Shown here: piece by piece, positions 49,522 through 59,641 of the stretch
Position numbering within the stretch: position 1 is the first letter of the stretch
How the letters are laid out: the number at the start of each line of letters is the position of its first letter
DNA from: Oscillospiraceae bacterium
Lineage (GTDB): Bacteria; Bacillota; Clostridia; Oscillospirales; CAG-272
Direction: 5' to 3'
NCBI GenBank assembly: GCA_015063325.1
Contig: SVUK01000004.1
Span: 2,583 to 66,582 of the forward strand
Length of the DNA stretch: 64,000 nt
The notes under the pieces: generated by a model
Seen by the model: only the letters and a program-made list of their open reading frames with translations
What the model was told of the DNA's origin: nothing
The model's database searches: none
Program-made: the position numbers and the translations under genes

Positions 49522-49644
49522 ACCCCCGCCGCGCCGGCGGAACGGAAACGCGGAGCGTTTCCGTTCCGCAACGCAAAAAGGAGAGCAAAATTTGCTCTCC
49601 TTTTTGCGTTGGAACCCGGCAATGCCGGGCGGCGCGGCGGGGGT
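49522..49644. repeat. Four-way-junction (cloverleaf) palindromic element, copy 2
   Basis: 15-bp closing stem enclosing hairpins of 15, 19 and 6 bp, all with 3-nt loops. Confidence 0.8.
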
Positions 49645-49699
49645 GTGGGGTTAGAAAAAAGCAAACCTTTCCCAGTTTTTCAAGTTTTTCAAAACGGGG

Positions 49700-49751
49700 A
49701 GAGCGCGAGAGGGGAGAAACCTTTTTGAAAAAAGGTTTCTCCCCTCTCGCG
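49700..49751. repeat. REP-like extragenic palindrome, copy B
   Basis: Perfect 22-bp stem CGCGAGAGGGGAGAAACCTTTT-TGAA-AAAAGGTTTCTCCCCTCTCGCG. Confidence 0.7.
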
Positions 49752-49764
49752 GCCTTTCTCCCCC

Positions 49765-50478
49765 TCAATCCTTACTGTAAATCACGGTAACGTCGGGGTG
49801 GAGCTGCAGGACGGAAGCCTGAATTTGTGGCGTAACGGGACCGGAAACGGCTTTTTGGACGATCTCTTTTTTTGCCGCGCCGTTGGCGATCAGCAAAATT
49901 TTGCGTGCGCGCATGATGCTGCCAATGCCCATGGTGAGTGCCGAGCGAGGAACCTCGTCGACGCTTTCAAAAAATCGCGCGTTTGCCGCAATGGTGGAAG
50001 GATGAAGCGCAACAAGGTGGGTGGATTCCACAAAGCAGTCGCCTGGCTCGTTGAAGCCGATATGACCATCCAATCCAATGCCCAAAAGCTGCAAATCGAT
50101 TCCGCCAAGTTCCTCAATCTTGCGGTCGTATGCGGCGCACTCGGCGGCAGAATCTTCGGCAAGTCCGTTTGGAACAAAGGTTTTTTTCGGATCAATATTA
50201 ACCGAATCAAACAGGTTCTTTTGCATGAAATAGCGGTAGCTTTGCGGATGGTCGCCGCCTAACCCCACATATTCGTCTAAATTGACCGACGTGATTTTCG
50301 AAAAATCCAGCTCGCCGGAGCGGTATCGGGCAATCAGATTTTGGTAGATTCCTACCGGCGAAGATCCGGTGGCAAGTCCGAGAACGGAATTGGGTTTCTT
50401 TTGAATTTGTGCGGCAATGATATCCGCGCCGCGGCGGCAAAGTTCATCGTATGTATCAACAATTTGAAAATCAATCAC
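49765..50478 (-). CDS. nagB: Glucosamine-6-phosphate deaminase
   Basis: LGLATGSSP, NLDEYVGL, LGIGLDGHIGFNEPG, ASVLQLH. Confidence 0.96.
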   Translation of the reverse strand: MIDFQIVDTYDELCRRGADIIAAQIQKKPNSVLGLATGSSPVGIYQNLIARYRSGELDFSKITSVNLDEYVGLGGDHPQSYRYFMQKNLFDSVNIDPKKTFVPNGLAEDSAAECAAYDRKIEELGGIDLQLLGIGLDGHIGFNEPGDCFVESTHLVALHPSTIAANARFFESVDEVPRSALTMGIGSIMRARKILLIANGAAKKEIVQKAVSGPVTPQIQASVLQLHPDVTVIYSKD

Positions 50479-50511
50479 GGGGGAACGGGCTCCTTTTTGG
50501 GTATTTTGAAA

Positions 50512-51345
50512 TCAGGATCTTTGCCGGTATTTTCCGGGCGGAACGCCCATGACGCGGCGAAAGACAGTGTTAAAATAGTTTTGATCTGCATAGCCGAGCG
50601 CGGCGGCTGTTTCGCCCACGCGAGCGCCTGCCCTCAGCATTTCGGCGGCACGGCGTATTTTCATCTCTGTAAAATACCGTGAAACGCCCATGCCGGCATA
50701 GTTTGCAAAAATCTTTTTCAATTTGGAAAGGCTCATGCGGCTCATTTTGGCAATGTCGCCGGCTTGCAGGTTCTCGGAAATGTGATCCCCCATCAGCCGG
50801 ACAATCTCGGCATAGCAAAGCGCACCCGAATGGGTGGAAACGCCGTCTTCGTGCCCGTTTCGGAAGGCGAGCAGCAACCAGCGCTCCAGACGCACGCGTT
50901 GGGCGGCGAGCAGGGTAATATCCGAATTGTGCAACCCTTCCCGAATCTCGGTGGAAATTTCGATGAACTCTTCGCGCAAACTGTCGGACGGCTCAAAAAT
51001 GCGTCCGTCCTCCGGCAGGTTTAGTCGGTCGGCGTGGAAGGAAAGATTGATCACATGCGGCTCGGAGTTTTCCTCCGCGCGAATACGGTGAAATTCGTCT
51101 GGCGTGTGCATCAGGCACTGACCTGCCGATAGCGTATAAAATTTGTCGCCTGCCGTAATACCGGCAATGCCGCTGAGAACGTACACGATCTCATAGAACG
51201 GGTGCGATTCGCCGGCGAAATCGTAGCCTTTGCCGAAAATGCGGTCTAAAGAAAAATGAAAAGAGGTGATATCCGGACTTCGCGGAATGGAAACGTCGGT
51301 CATGGGTTCCCATTTCGTTTTGACATATTCTGTAGCTTTTTTCAA
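50512..51345 (-). CDS. AraC-family regulator (cupin plus HTH); start uncertain (TTG 51345 or ATG 51303)
   Basis: GESHPFYEIVYV; LGYADQNYFNTVFRRVMGVPP. Confidence 0.9.
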   Translation of the reverse strand: MKKATEYVKTKWEPMTDVSIPRSPDITSFHFSLDRIFGKGYDFAGESHPFYEIVYVLSGIAGITAGDKFYTLSAGQCLMHTPDEFHRIRAEENSEPHVINLSFHADRLNLPEDGRIFEPSDSLREEFIEISTEIREGLHNSDITLLAAQRVRLERWLLLAFRNGHEDGVSTHSGALCYAEIVRLMGDHISENLQAGDIAKMSRMSLSKLKKIFANYAGMGVSRYFTEMKIRRAAEMLRAGARVGETAAALGYADQNYFNTVFRRVMGVPPGKYRQRS

Positions 51346-51465
51346 AGACAAATGCCCCCTTTCAAATAAAAATATATATTTAGATATTTTACAAGAAAAT
51401 GGTATCACAAAAAGGCGAAAAATGCAATAAAAAATAATAAAATTTTCTTAAAATTATTTTGATAT

Positions 51466-51508
51466 TTGAAATGTCATATTTGACAAATTTCAATTAACAA
51501 TGTATAAT
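51466..51508 (+). promoter_or_regulatory. Sigma-A promoter with a palindrome over the -35 element
   Basis: TTGACA(51480)-17 bp-TATAAT; TTGAAA-TGTCA-TATT-TGACA-AA-TTTCAA inverted repeat. Confidence 0.7.
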
Positions 51509-51556
51509 GATTTATAGAAGAATTATTGATTTTTATTTTGAAGGAGATCGACTGAC

Positions 51557-52648
51557 GTGAACGAGCCGAATTTTACCGAAATTTTATCGCATTTTTCCAT
51601 TAATCTTCCTCTCAAACCGTTCGGAAACGGACATATCAACACTACCTTTCAGGTAGGGGATCCGCCATGCTACATCCTGCAAAAAATCAATACCGCCGTC
51701 TTCGCCGACGCCGAGGGCTTGATGGAAAATGTGATGGCGGTTACAAATCACTTGCGCCGGAAGATTGCCGAAGAGGGGGGAGCCCCCGAACGCGAAACGC
51801 TGACCTATCTGAAAACGGAGGAAGGTTCGAATTTTTACAGGGACGCGGAGGGCAATTGCTGGCGAATGTATCGATTCATCGGCGACGCACATGCGTTTGA
51901 AACGGCAACGCCCAAACTGTTTGCCGAATCTGCAAGGGCGTTCGGCAATTTTCAAAAAATGCTTGCCGATTTTCCGGCGGACACCCTGCACGAGACGATT
52001 CCGCAGTTTCACGACACCGCGGCAAGGCTGAAACAGCTGCGCGCGGCGGTCTTGGAAAACAAAAGCGGAAGAGCCGACGCCGTGGGCGCCGAGATTGAGT
52101 TTGCCTTTGCCCGTGCCGGCGAGGCGGATACCATTGTTTCGGCGTTGCAAAACGGCGAGATTCCTTTGCGCGTGACCCATAACGACACCAAGCTCAATAA
52201 CGTTTTGTTTGACGATCAAACCGACAAAACGCTTTGCGTGATCGATTTGGATACCGTTATGCCCGGTTCGCTCCTCTATGATTACGGTGATGCGCTCCGC
52301 TTCGGCGCGTCCACTGCCGCCGAGGACGAAACCGATCTTGCAAAGGTACAGTTTGATTTAGAGCTGTTCCGCGCCTATACCGACGCTTATTTGGAAACGC
52401 TTGCCGGAAGCATTACCGAACGCGAGATTGACCTTTTGCCCATGGGGGCAAAGCTTATCACGTTGGAGTGTGGCATGCGATTCCTTGCCGACTATATCAA
52501 CGGGGACGTTTATTTCCGAATCCATCGGGAAAATCAGAACCTTGACCGTGCGCGCACGCAGTTCAAGCTGGTTGCCGATATGGAGTCGAAATTTGACGAA
52601 ATGAAGGCGATTGTCCGGACGGCAAAGGAAAAGTATTGTTGCTTTTAA
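51557..52648 (+). CDS. APH-like phosphotransferase, N-acetylhexosamine 1-kinase-like
   Basis: GNGHINTT, YILQKIN, RVTHNDTKLNN, VIDLDTVMPG; divergent from AraC/nagB. Confidence 0.85.
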   Translation: MNEPNFTEILSHFSINLPLKPFGNGHINTTFQVGDPPCYILQKINTAVFADAEGLMENVMAVTNHLRRKIAEEGGAPERETLTYLKTEEGSNFYRDAEGNCWRMYRFIGDAHAFETATPKLFAESARAFGNFQKMLADFPADTLHETIPQFHDTAARLKQLRAAVLENKSGRADAVGAEIEFAFARAGEADTIVSALQNGEIPLRVTHNDTKLNNVLFDDQTDKTLCVIDLDTVMPGSLLYDYGDALRFGASTAAEDETDLAKVQFDLELFRAYTDAYLETLAGSITEREIDLLPMGAKLITLECGMRFLADYINGDVYFRIHRENQNLDRARTQFKLVADMESKFDEMKAIVRTAKEKYCCF

Positions 52649-52682
52649 AGAGAAAAGAGATTTAAAAAAAAGCGGATATTGC

Positions 52683-52711
52683 TTGACAAAATTCGACGGA
52701 ACGAGTATAAT
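52683..52711 (+). promoter_or_regulatory. Sigma-A promoter
   Basis: TTGACA-17 bp-TATAAT. Confidence 0.8.
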
Positions 52712-52783
52712 TCTATAATGTAAAGAAAAACCGGAAGGGCGGAGATTCCCCTTTGCCGGTCCATCATTTGGAGGCGGTTGACT

Positions 52784-54184
52784 ATGCCGGTGGAGCTTTC
52801 CTCATCGTTACAAGTTTTATTAGCACTTTCTATAGCGCTCATGGCAGGACTTATCATGTCCCGTGTGACCAAGCGCTGGAATTTACCTGCCGTGACCGGG
52901 TATCTGGTTGCCGGGATTCTGATCGGACCGTATTGTTTGGGTCAGTTGGGGATTTTGGGACTCGGATTTGTGGATGCGGCGGATGTGAAAAAATACGACA
53001 TCATTTCCAAAGTCGCGCTCGGTTTTATCGCCATTGCCATGGGCAACGAGTTCCGGCTTTCCGAGCTGAAAAAAATCGGCAAAAAGGCAACAGTCATCGC
53101 CGTTTTGCAGGCATTGACGGCAACCGTCTTTGTAGACATCGCCCTGATTCTGGTGCATTTTTGGCTGGGCGAGAAATTCCCGATCTCGGTTGCGGTTACG
53201 TTGGGTGCCGTCGCCGCGGCAACTGCCCCGGCTGCAACGCTGATGGTGGTCAAGCAGTATAAAGCAGAGGGACCGCTGACCAAGCTGCTTTTGCCGATCG
53301 TGGCGTTGGATGACGCGGTGGGGCTTGTGGTATTTGCCGTTTCTTTCGGAATCGCTCAGGCGCTGGACGGCGGCAATGTGGACGTGATTTCGGTTGCGCT
53401 CAATCCGCTTATCGAGGTGGTTGCCTCTCTTCTTTTGGGCGCGGCGCTCGGTTTTCTGTTCCATTTTTCGGAGCGCTTCTTCCATTCGCGCAGCAAACGT
53501 ATGAGCATATCTGTCGCCTTTGTCTTTCTTGCCGTTGCGCTCTCCATGTTGGAGTTCCATATCGGCAGCGTGACCATCGGGTTTTCCTCACTTCTCGTTT
53601 GTATGATGCTCGGGACGGTATTTTGCAATTTGTGCGACTTCTCCGAGGAGCTGATGGACCGCATTGACCGCTGGACCGGACCTTTGATGGTGCTGTTTTT
53701 TGTCATCAGCGGCGCGGAGTTGGAACTTAACGTTTTTAAAGATTGGCAAATCGTTGTTGTCGGCGCGATTTACATCTTGTTCCGGTCGATGGGCAAAATC
53801 GGGGGTGCGAGCATTTCTTCCAAAATGATGAAGTGCGAACCGCAGGTACAAAAATACCTCGGTTTTACGCTTTTGCCGCAGGCAGGCGTTGCGCTGGGAA
53901 TGTCGCTGATTGCGGCGGAACGAATGCCGGGCGACGAGGGAAAGCTCGTTCGCAGTATCACCCTGTTTGCCGTGCTGATTTACGAATTGGTCGGACCGCT
54001 GATGACAAAGATTGCTTTGGATAAAGCCGGTGAAATTCATGAAAAACCGGTGCCCGAGCGCGTCAAAGCCGGAATGGAGAAAAAAGAAAAAAAGAAGGGA
54101 AGCGTTGCACCGTCCGCCGCAGAACGATTGGAAAGTCAAGGCGTATCTGCCGGTTTATCCGCACCCGACAATCAAAAGAAATAA
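52784..54184 (+). CDS. Cation:proton antiporter (CPA2-like)
   Basis: LPAVTGYLVAGILIGP, ATAPAAT, VALDDAVG, LLPQAGVALG; GGAGG RBS before ATG 52784. Confidence 0.9.
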   Translation: MPVELSSSLQVLLALSIALMAGLIMSRVTKRWNLPAVTGYLVAGILIGPYCLGQLGILGLGFVDAADVKKYDIISKVALGFIAIAMGNEFRLSELKKIGKKATVIAVLQALTATVFVDIALILVHFWLGEKFPISVAVTLGAVAAATAPAATLMVVKQYKAEGPLTKLLLPIVALDDAVGLVVFAVSFGIAQALDGGNVDVISVALNPLIEVVASLLLGAALGFLFHFSERFFHSRSKRMSISVAFVFLAVALSMLEFHIGSVTIGFSSLLVCMMLGTVFCNLCDFSEELMDRIDRWTGPLMVLFFVISGAELELNVFKDWQIVVVGAIYILFRSMGKIGGASISSKMMKCEPQVQKYLGFTLLPQAGVALGMSLIAAERMPGDEGKLVRSITLFAVLIYELVGPLMTKIALDKAGEIHEKPVPERVKAGMEKKEKKKGSVAPSAAERLESQGVSAGLSAPDNQKK

Positions 54185-54595
54185 AAGAAATAACAAAAAA
54201 GTTTCAGCTTTATAGATTGAAAAAGCCGTTTGTAAAAAAGCAGACGGCTTTTCTTTTTTTATTTCTTCCATTTTATAATATTGTTTTCTACATAAGAGGA
54301 AAAACAATTGCATATCGGTATACATTTTAAAAATTTGGTGATTTGCACAATTTTGCAAATGAAAAACGTGAATATTTATCTTGCATATTGGCTCGCAGAG
54401 CCGTTTTGTTCGATTTTTTGCTTGACTAATTTTTAACAAAATCTTGCAGAATAGATTAAAAATGACAGAAAAATTGTTAAAAATATAAAAAATATCAAAA
54501 AGTTTTTACAAAAAAATTGTTGACAATCACGATTGCTTGTGCTACAATGTTGTTGCGGTTAAAAAACCGACTTTATACATTTTTTGGAGGGAGTT

Positions 54596-55918
54596 ATGAA
54601 AAAACTTCTCGCATTCACTCTTGCTTGCCTGATGGTAGTTTCCTGCTTCGCGCTCGCAGCTTGCGGTAAGAAGGAGACAAAACTCAGCGCAACCCAAGAA
54701 ATCATCAAACAAGCGCAAACCATGACCCTGGAAGAACTGGCAAGAAAAGCCATTGAGGAATCCAACGGCAAGACCTTCTACGGCGTTGGTAACTCCAGCC
54801 GCGGCAAGAGCGCACTTCCGCTCTTTATCGAGTATCTGCAGACCATTGATTCCAGCTACAACATGACCTACGAGTGGCAGCAGCCGAAGAACAACAAGAT
54901 CTTCGATCAGCTGACCGCCGACTCCAAGAAGACCACCGGCACCTTTGCAATGACCCTGATCCAGGACGGCAACCAGATTGAAAGCAAGATGGTTCAAACC
55001 GGCATTCTGGACACCTTTATTCCGAAGGATTGGGCAGACGCAAACGGCGTGAAAGCCGAGGACTACAACGGCTACCTCGCTCTGCAAACCCTGAATAAGA
55101 TCTTCATGTACAACTCCACCGGTTCCAAGACCTATACCAACTGCTGGGATTTCGTAGCGGAAGGCGAACATGGTCTGTTTATGGACATTGACTCCGAGCT
55201 TGTCGGCAAAAACTTCCTGTATATGCTGACAAAGGACGAGTATGCAAATCAGCTCAAAGCCGCTTACGATGTTCTGTCTGCCGAAAAGAAAGCTTATATT
55301 GACACCGCTGTTAAGGCTGTGGAAGGCGACGCAAAAGACTTCGGTCTCGGCGCAAACGGCAAATATGCTCTCGCTTGGATCAAACTCTGGGTGGAAAGCT
55401 ACAACGCACAAAGCGACGACGGCCCGATCTGCAACACGCTGGTGAAAGATTCGGCTACCGATCAATTCGGTCTGCTTGTTTACTCCAAACTGCGTTCCGT
55501 TTCGGAAACCGAAGAAACTTCCAAGAACAACGTAAAAGTTGCCGCTTACCAGGATGACTACAAGGGCATCGGCGGCTATGGCTACTGCCACTACCTGTTC
55601 GTAACCGACAACTCTCCGCTTCCCTGGACCGCCTGCGCGTTCATTGCCTACATGACCTGCACCGTTGACGGTTTCAGCGCATGGGGCAAAGATATCGGCG
55701 GTTACTCCTCCAACCCGACGGTTGCAGCCGGAACCGAAGAGAAATACCATCACTCCACCGGCGGCGACACTGCCGAAGGCGGTCCGTTCCCGGCTCTGAA
55801 TGATAAGGGATTCACCTGGTGGAAAGACAGACTCGTCATTGAAGATCCCGAGTACTGCGCAAGCGTTGCATTCACCGTGGGAAGCTGGATTGAACTGTTG
55901 ACCAAATACACGGGATAA
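54596..55918 (+). CDS. ABC transporter substrate-binding lipoprotein
   Basis: Lipobox LAAC; first gene of an SBP-permease-ATPase operon; 3' stem-loop at about 55944-55972. Confidence 0.85.
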   Translation: MKKLLAFTLACLMVVSCFALAACGKKETKLSATQEIIKQAQTMTLEELARKAIEESNGKTFYGVGNSSRGKSALPLFIEYLQTIDSSYNMTYEWQQPKNNKIFDQLTADSKKTTGTFAMTLIQDGNQIESKMVQTGILDTFIPKDWADANGVKAEDYNGYLALQTLNKIFMYNSTGSKTYTNCWDFVAEGEHGLFMDIDSELVGKNFLYMLTKDEYANQLKAAYDVLSAEKKAYIDTAVKAVEGDAKDFGLGANGKYALAWIKLWVESYNAQSDDGPICNTLVKDSATDQFGLLVYSKLRSVSETEETSKNNVKVAAYQDDYKGIGGYGYCHYLFVTDNSPLPWTACAFIAYMTCTVDGFSAWGKDIGGYSSNPTVAAGTEEKYHHSTGGDTAEGGPFPALNDKGFTWWKDRLVIEDPEYCASVAFTVGSWIELLTKYTG

Positions 55919-55986
55919 TTTTTGCGGAATTTAACTGATTACCGGGGGCTGTATTTCTCATAATACAGCCCCTTCTTGGAGGATAT

Positions 55987-57825
55987 ATGACCAATCAATT
56001 GAACGCAACAAAACGGGCGTCATCCTTCCGCATCGGTCGCAACAAGCTGTTCACCTTTCTTTCGCAACCGTATAACGTCATTCTGATCGTGCTGGGTGTG
56101 GTTTGCACCATTACCACGGTTGCACCAATCGTTGCGATCATCGAGGACACGCTGAAAATCCACCCCGGAACGATTGACCAGTATCTGACCGGGAAAACCG
56201 AGGGCTTTTCTTTTGCGAACTATATTGACCTATTCACAAGCAAATTGGCAAAAACCAATTTGTGGGAGCCGCTCGGCAACACGCTGATTATTTCCTTCTT
56301 TGCCTGCGTTACGGCAATTTTGGTTGGCGGACTGTTTGCATTCCTGGTCACGCGGACCAACATGAAGTTTAAAAAATATTTAAGTTCCATTTTCATTTTC
56401 CCCTACATCATGCCGCAGTGGACGCTGGCGCTCGTTTGGAGAAATCTGTTCAACTCCAACGCTGTTACCGGAACAAGCGACGGGCTTCTCGCCTCGCTGT
56501 TCGGTATCCGGATGCCGCTTTGGTGGTGCCAGGGAATTTTCCCCTGCATTATTGTGCTCGGTCTTCACTATTCGGCGTTTGCTTATATTTTGATCGGCGG
56601 CATTTTCCGGAATATGGACGCCAACTTGGAAGAGGCGGCAACCATTCTCAACACGCCTAAGTGGCGAATTGTAACGCGCATTACGCTTCCCATGGTCAAA
56701 CCGGCAATTCTTTCCACCGTGCTTCTTGTTTTCGGAAGCTCCATGGGAAGCTATCCGGTACCGCACTACCTCAAACTTTCCACGCTCTCTACGCGCTATC
56801 TGGAAATGAACGATAAATACGCCGGCGAGGCAAGTATTCTTGCTGTCATCATGATCGTCATCGGCGTTGCTATTATGATTATCAACCAACAGAGCCTGAA
56901 GAGCCGGAAAAACTACACCACCGTTACCGGAAAATCTGGGCAAATTTCGAAAATCAATCTCGGCAAGGTCGGCAAATACGCTGTTGCCATCATTCTGATT
57001 TTCACCACCTTTATGACCAGTATTTACCCGTTGATCTCCTTTGCGTTCGAGACCTTCCTGCCAAACCCGGGCGACTACAGTTTCCTGCGCACGTGGAATC
57101 CGAGCAACCTGACCTTAAAATGGTGGATCACAAACGAGAACGTGACCGAAAACGGACTTTACGGGCAAATGGGTATGTTGTTCAATAAAACGATTTGGAC
57201 TGCCTACGGCGGTACGATCTTCCTTTCCATCATGTGCGCGCTCTTTGCCGGCACCATTGGAACGCTGATCGGCTATGCTGTTTCCAAAAAGCGCCGCAAC
57301 CGCTTTGCAAACTACGTTAATAACATTGCCTTTTTGCCATATCTTATGCCTTCGGTTGCAGTTGGTATTGCTTACTTTATTTTGCTTGCCACCAACGATC
57401 ATTTCAACCTGTACAATACCTACGCGCTCCTCATCATCGTCGGAACGGTCAAATACATTCCGTTTGCAAGCCGCGCGTCGCTCAACTCCATGCTGCAGCT
57501 CAGCGGAGAGATTGAGGAATCGGCGTTGATTCAGAACGTCCCGTGGTTCAAGCGGATGTTCCGCATCATCATTCCGATCCAAAAATCCTCGATTTTGAGC
57601 GGATTTTTGCTCCCGTTCATCACCTGTATGCGTGAACTTTCCTTGTTCATGCTGCTCTGCGTGCAGGGCTTTATCATGTCCACGACGATGGACTATTTCG
57701 ATGAAATGGGACTTGCCGCATTTTCCAGCGGCATGAACTTGATGCTGATTGTCACCATCCTTATTTTCAACGGGATCATTAATAAGATCACCGGTGCAAG
57801 CCTGGATAAGGGTATCGGCGGCTGA
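55987..57825 (+). CDS. ABC permease with two fused domains (FbpB/iron(III)-type)
   Basis: Two EAA-type loops (LEEAATIL..., IEESALIQ...). Confidence 0.88.
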   Translation: MTNQLNATKRASSFRIGRNKLFTFLSQPYNVILIVLGVVCTITTVAPIVAIIEDTLKIHPGTIDQYLTGKTEGFSFANYIDLFTSKLAKTNLWEPLGNTLIISFFACVTAILVGGLFAFLVTRTNMKFKKYLSSIFIFPYIMPQWTLALVWRNLFNSNAVTGTSDGLLASLFGIRMPLWWCQGIFPCIIVLGLHYSAFAYILIGGIFRNMDANLEEAATILNTPKWRIVTRITLPMVKPAILSTVLLVFGSSMGSYPVPHYLKLSTLSTRYLEMNDKYAGEASILAVIMIVIGVAIMIINQQSLKSRKNYTTVTGKSGQISKINLGKVGKYAVAIILIFTTFMTSIYPLISFAFETFLPNPGDYSFLRTWNPSNLTLKWWITNENVTENGLYGQMGMLFNKTIWTAYGGTIFLSIMCALFAGTIGTLIGYAVSKKRRNRFANYVNNIAFLPYLMPSVAVGIAYFILLATNDHFNLYNTYALLIIVGTVKYIPFASRASLNSMLQLSGEIEESALIQNVPWFKRMFRIIIPIQKSSILSGFLLPFITCMRELSLFMLLCVQGFIMSTTMDYFDEMGLAAFSSGMNLMLIVTILIFNGIINKITGASLDKGIGG

Positions 57826-57863
57826 CCGGCACAACGAAAACAACAGAAAGGAATTTGCGGCTT

Positions 57864-59489
57864 ATGCCAGAGATTATTTTAACAGACGTTACCAAACGGT
57901 GGGGCAGTTTTTACGCCGTTGACCATTTGAGCATGACCATTGAGGACAACGCATTCGTCACCTTGTTAGGTCCCTCCGGATGCGGCAAAACCACCACCCT
58001 GCGTATGATTGCCGGTTTGGAAACGCCCACCAGCGGCAGAATCACTATCGGTGACCGCGTGGTCTTCGATAGCGAGCAGGGAATCAACATTCCGGCAAAC
58101 AAACGGCGCGTTGGCTTTTTGTTCCAGAACTACGCCCTTTGGCCAAACATGACCGTTTACCAAAACATTTCCTTTGGTCTTACCAACATCAAAGAGGAAA
58201 TGCCCAAGATCAATTTCAAGGCGAAAACGGCGCAAAGAAAGGTTGAAATTCTTGCCGATCCGAAAAAGCTCGCCGCCCTGATCAACGATTCTACCGATAA
58301 AGACGGCAAGCTCAACCCCCAAAGAGCTCTTTTGAAATTGATTGATACCTATGAAATTTCCATTTATACCGCCAAGGAGCTTCTCGCGCTCGGAATTCAC
58401 GATGGCAAGGATCCTGCCGGGGAAATTGCAAAATTGCAAAACTTGGTGGATGGCGAAAAGGCCGCCGCCGAGGTCAAGGGCTTTACCCTGAACGAGAATT
58501 TTGAATACGAAAAAGGCGGAGAAATTGTTACCAAGGTCCGCAAACTCTCCAAAGAGGAAGTGGATCTTGCCGTTCGCCGCGTTTCGCGTATCGTGAAAAT
58601 CGGAATGTTTATGGATCGCTACCCGGCGGAGCTTTCCGGCGGTCAGCAGCAACGCGTTGCCATTGCAAGAACGCTCGCGCCCGAACCCACCGTACTTTTC
58701 ATGGATGAACCGCTCTCCAACCTGGATGCAAAACTCCGTTTGGAAATGCGCTCCGAGCTGCAGCGCTTGCATCTGGACACCGGAAGTACCTTCGTTTACG
58801 TTACCCACGACCAGATGGAAGCCATGACGCTTGCCACCAAGATCTGCCTGCTCGATAACGGCGTACTTCGTCAATATGACGCACCGCTCACCGTTTACCG
58901 CAATCCGAGCGACACCTTTGTTGCCGACTTTGTGGGCAGCCCTGCCATCAACTTTGCGCAGGCGCACGGCGAAGCCGTGGACGGCGGCATTGAGCTGACC
59001 TTCCTGGAAGGCGTCAAGGGCACATTTCGCCCCACCGAGCCGCTGGATCTTGCCGAGTGGATTAAAAGCGACTACGCAAAGGACCGCGAGATTGCCGAAT
59101 GGCGCGCCGAACTGCTCAAGGATAAGCGCAACGTGGAAAAAGGAAACAAGGATACCGTTTTCAAATGCCACATTGCCAAAGTGGATGAAACCGAATTTGA
59201 GGAAGAGCGCCCCATCGGCGATAACGACTTTATTCTCGGCATCCGCCCCGAAGCCATTCATATCAGCAAAGAGGGAAAGATCCCGGCAGAAGTTTACAGC
59301 TCTATGCCGACCGGTATGGAAACCACCGTGCGTCTGCGCGTTGGCAAACTGCTCCTGACCGGCGTTTCCTTCGGAAAGATCACCTTTGCGCTGGAGGAAA
59401 AAGTGCGTTTCGATTTCGGCAAAGCCGAGGTCGTGCTTTTCTCGGCGCGTTCGGGACGTCTCATCTCCACGGGTACGCTTGAACTGTAA
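57864..59489 (+). CDS. ABC ATPase (FbpC/MalK-type) with a large internal insertion
   Basis: GPSGCGKT, FQNYALWP, LSGGQQQR, MDEPLSNLD, VTHDQ; TOBE-like C-terminus. Confidence 0.92.
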   Translation: MPEIILTDVTKRWGSFYAVDHLSMTIEDNAFVTLLGPSGCGKTTTLRMIAGLETPTSGRITIGDRVVFDSEQGINIPANKRRVGFLFQNYALWPNMTVYQNISFGLTNIKEEMPKINFKAKTAQRKVEILADPKKLAALINDSTDKDGKLNPQRALLKLIDTYEISIYTAKELLALGIHDGKDPAGEIAKLQNLVDGEKAAAEVKGFTLNENFEYEKGGEIVTKVRKLSKEEVDLAVRRVSRIVKIGMFMDRYPAELSGGQQQRVAIARTLAPEPTVLFMDEPLSNLDAKLRLEMRSELQRLHLDTGSTFVYVTHDQMEAMTLATKICLLDNGVLRQYDAPLTVYRNPSDTFVADFVGSPAINFAQAHGEAVDGGIELTFLEGVKGTFRPTEPLDLAEWIKSDYAKDREIAEWRAELLKDKRNVEKGNKDTVFKCHIAKVDETEFEEERPIGDNDFILGIRPEAIHISKEGKIPAEVYSSMPTGMETTVRLRVGKLLLTGVSFGKITFALEEKVRFDFGKAEVVLFSARSGRLISTGTLEL

Positions 59490-59507
59490 AATTTTTACAC
59501 CTGCATT

Positions 59508-59540
59508 GCGCCGCCGGAAGTTCCGGCGGCGCTTTTTTTT
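59508..59540 (+). terminator. Intrinsic terminator
   Basis: GCGCCGCCGGA...TCCGGCGGCGC followed by T8. Confidence 0.85.
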
Positions 59541-59552
59541 CACAAACGGTTC

Positions 59553-59581
59553 TTGACATTTATTGCATTATTCTTTATAAT
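59553..59581 (+). promoter_or_regulatory. Sigma-A promoter
   Basis: TTGACA-17 bp-TATAAT. Confidence 0.8.
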
Positions 59582-59641
59582 AATCTTGAAATGAATACAG
59601 AATAGTATTATCAAAAAATAAAACGGGCTTGAGGTTGAAAA

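Noticed and set aside
52725-52783. Hairpin ahead of the cation:proton antiporter as an ion-sensing riboswitch
   Set aside because: Only one imperfect stem, and I could not match a known consensus; needs an Rfam scan.
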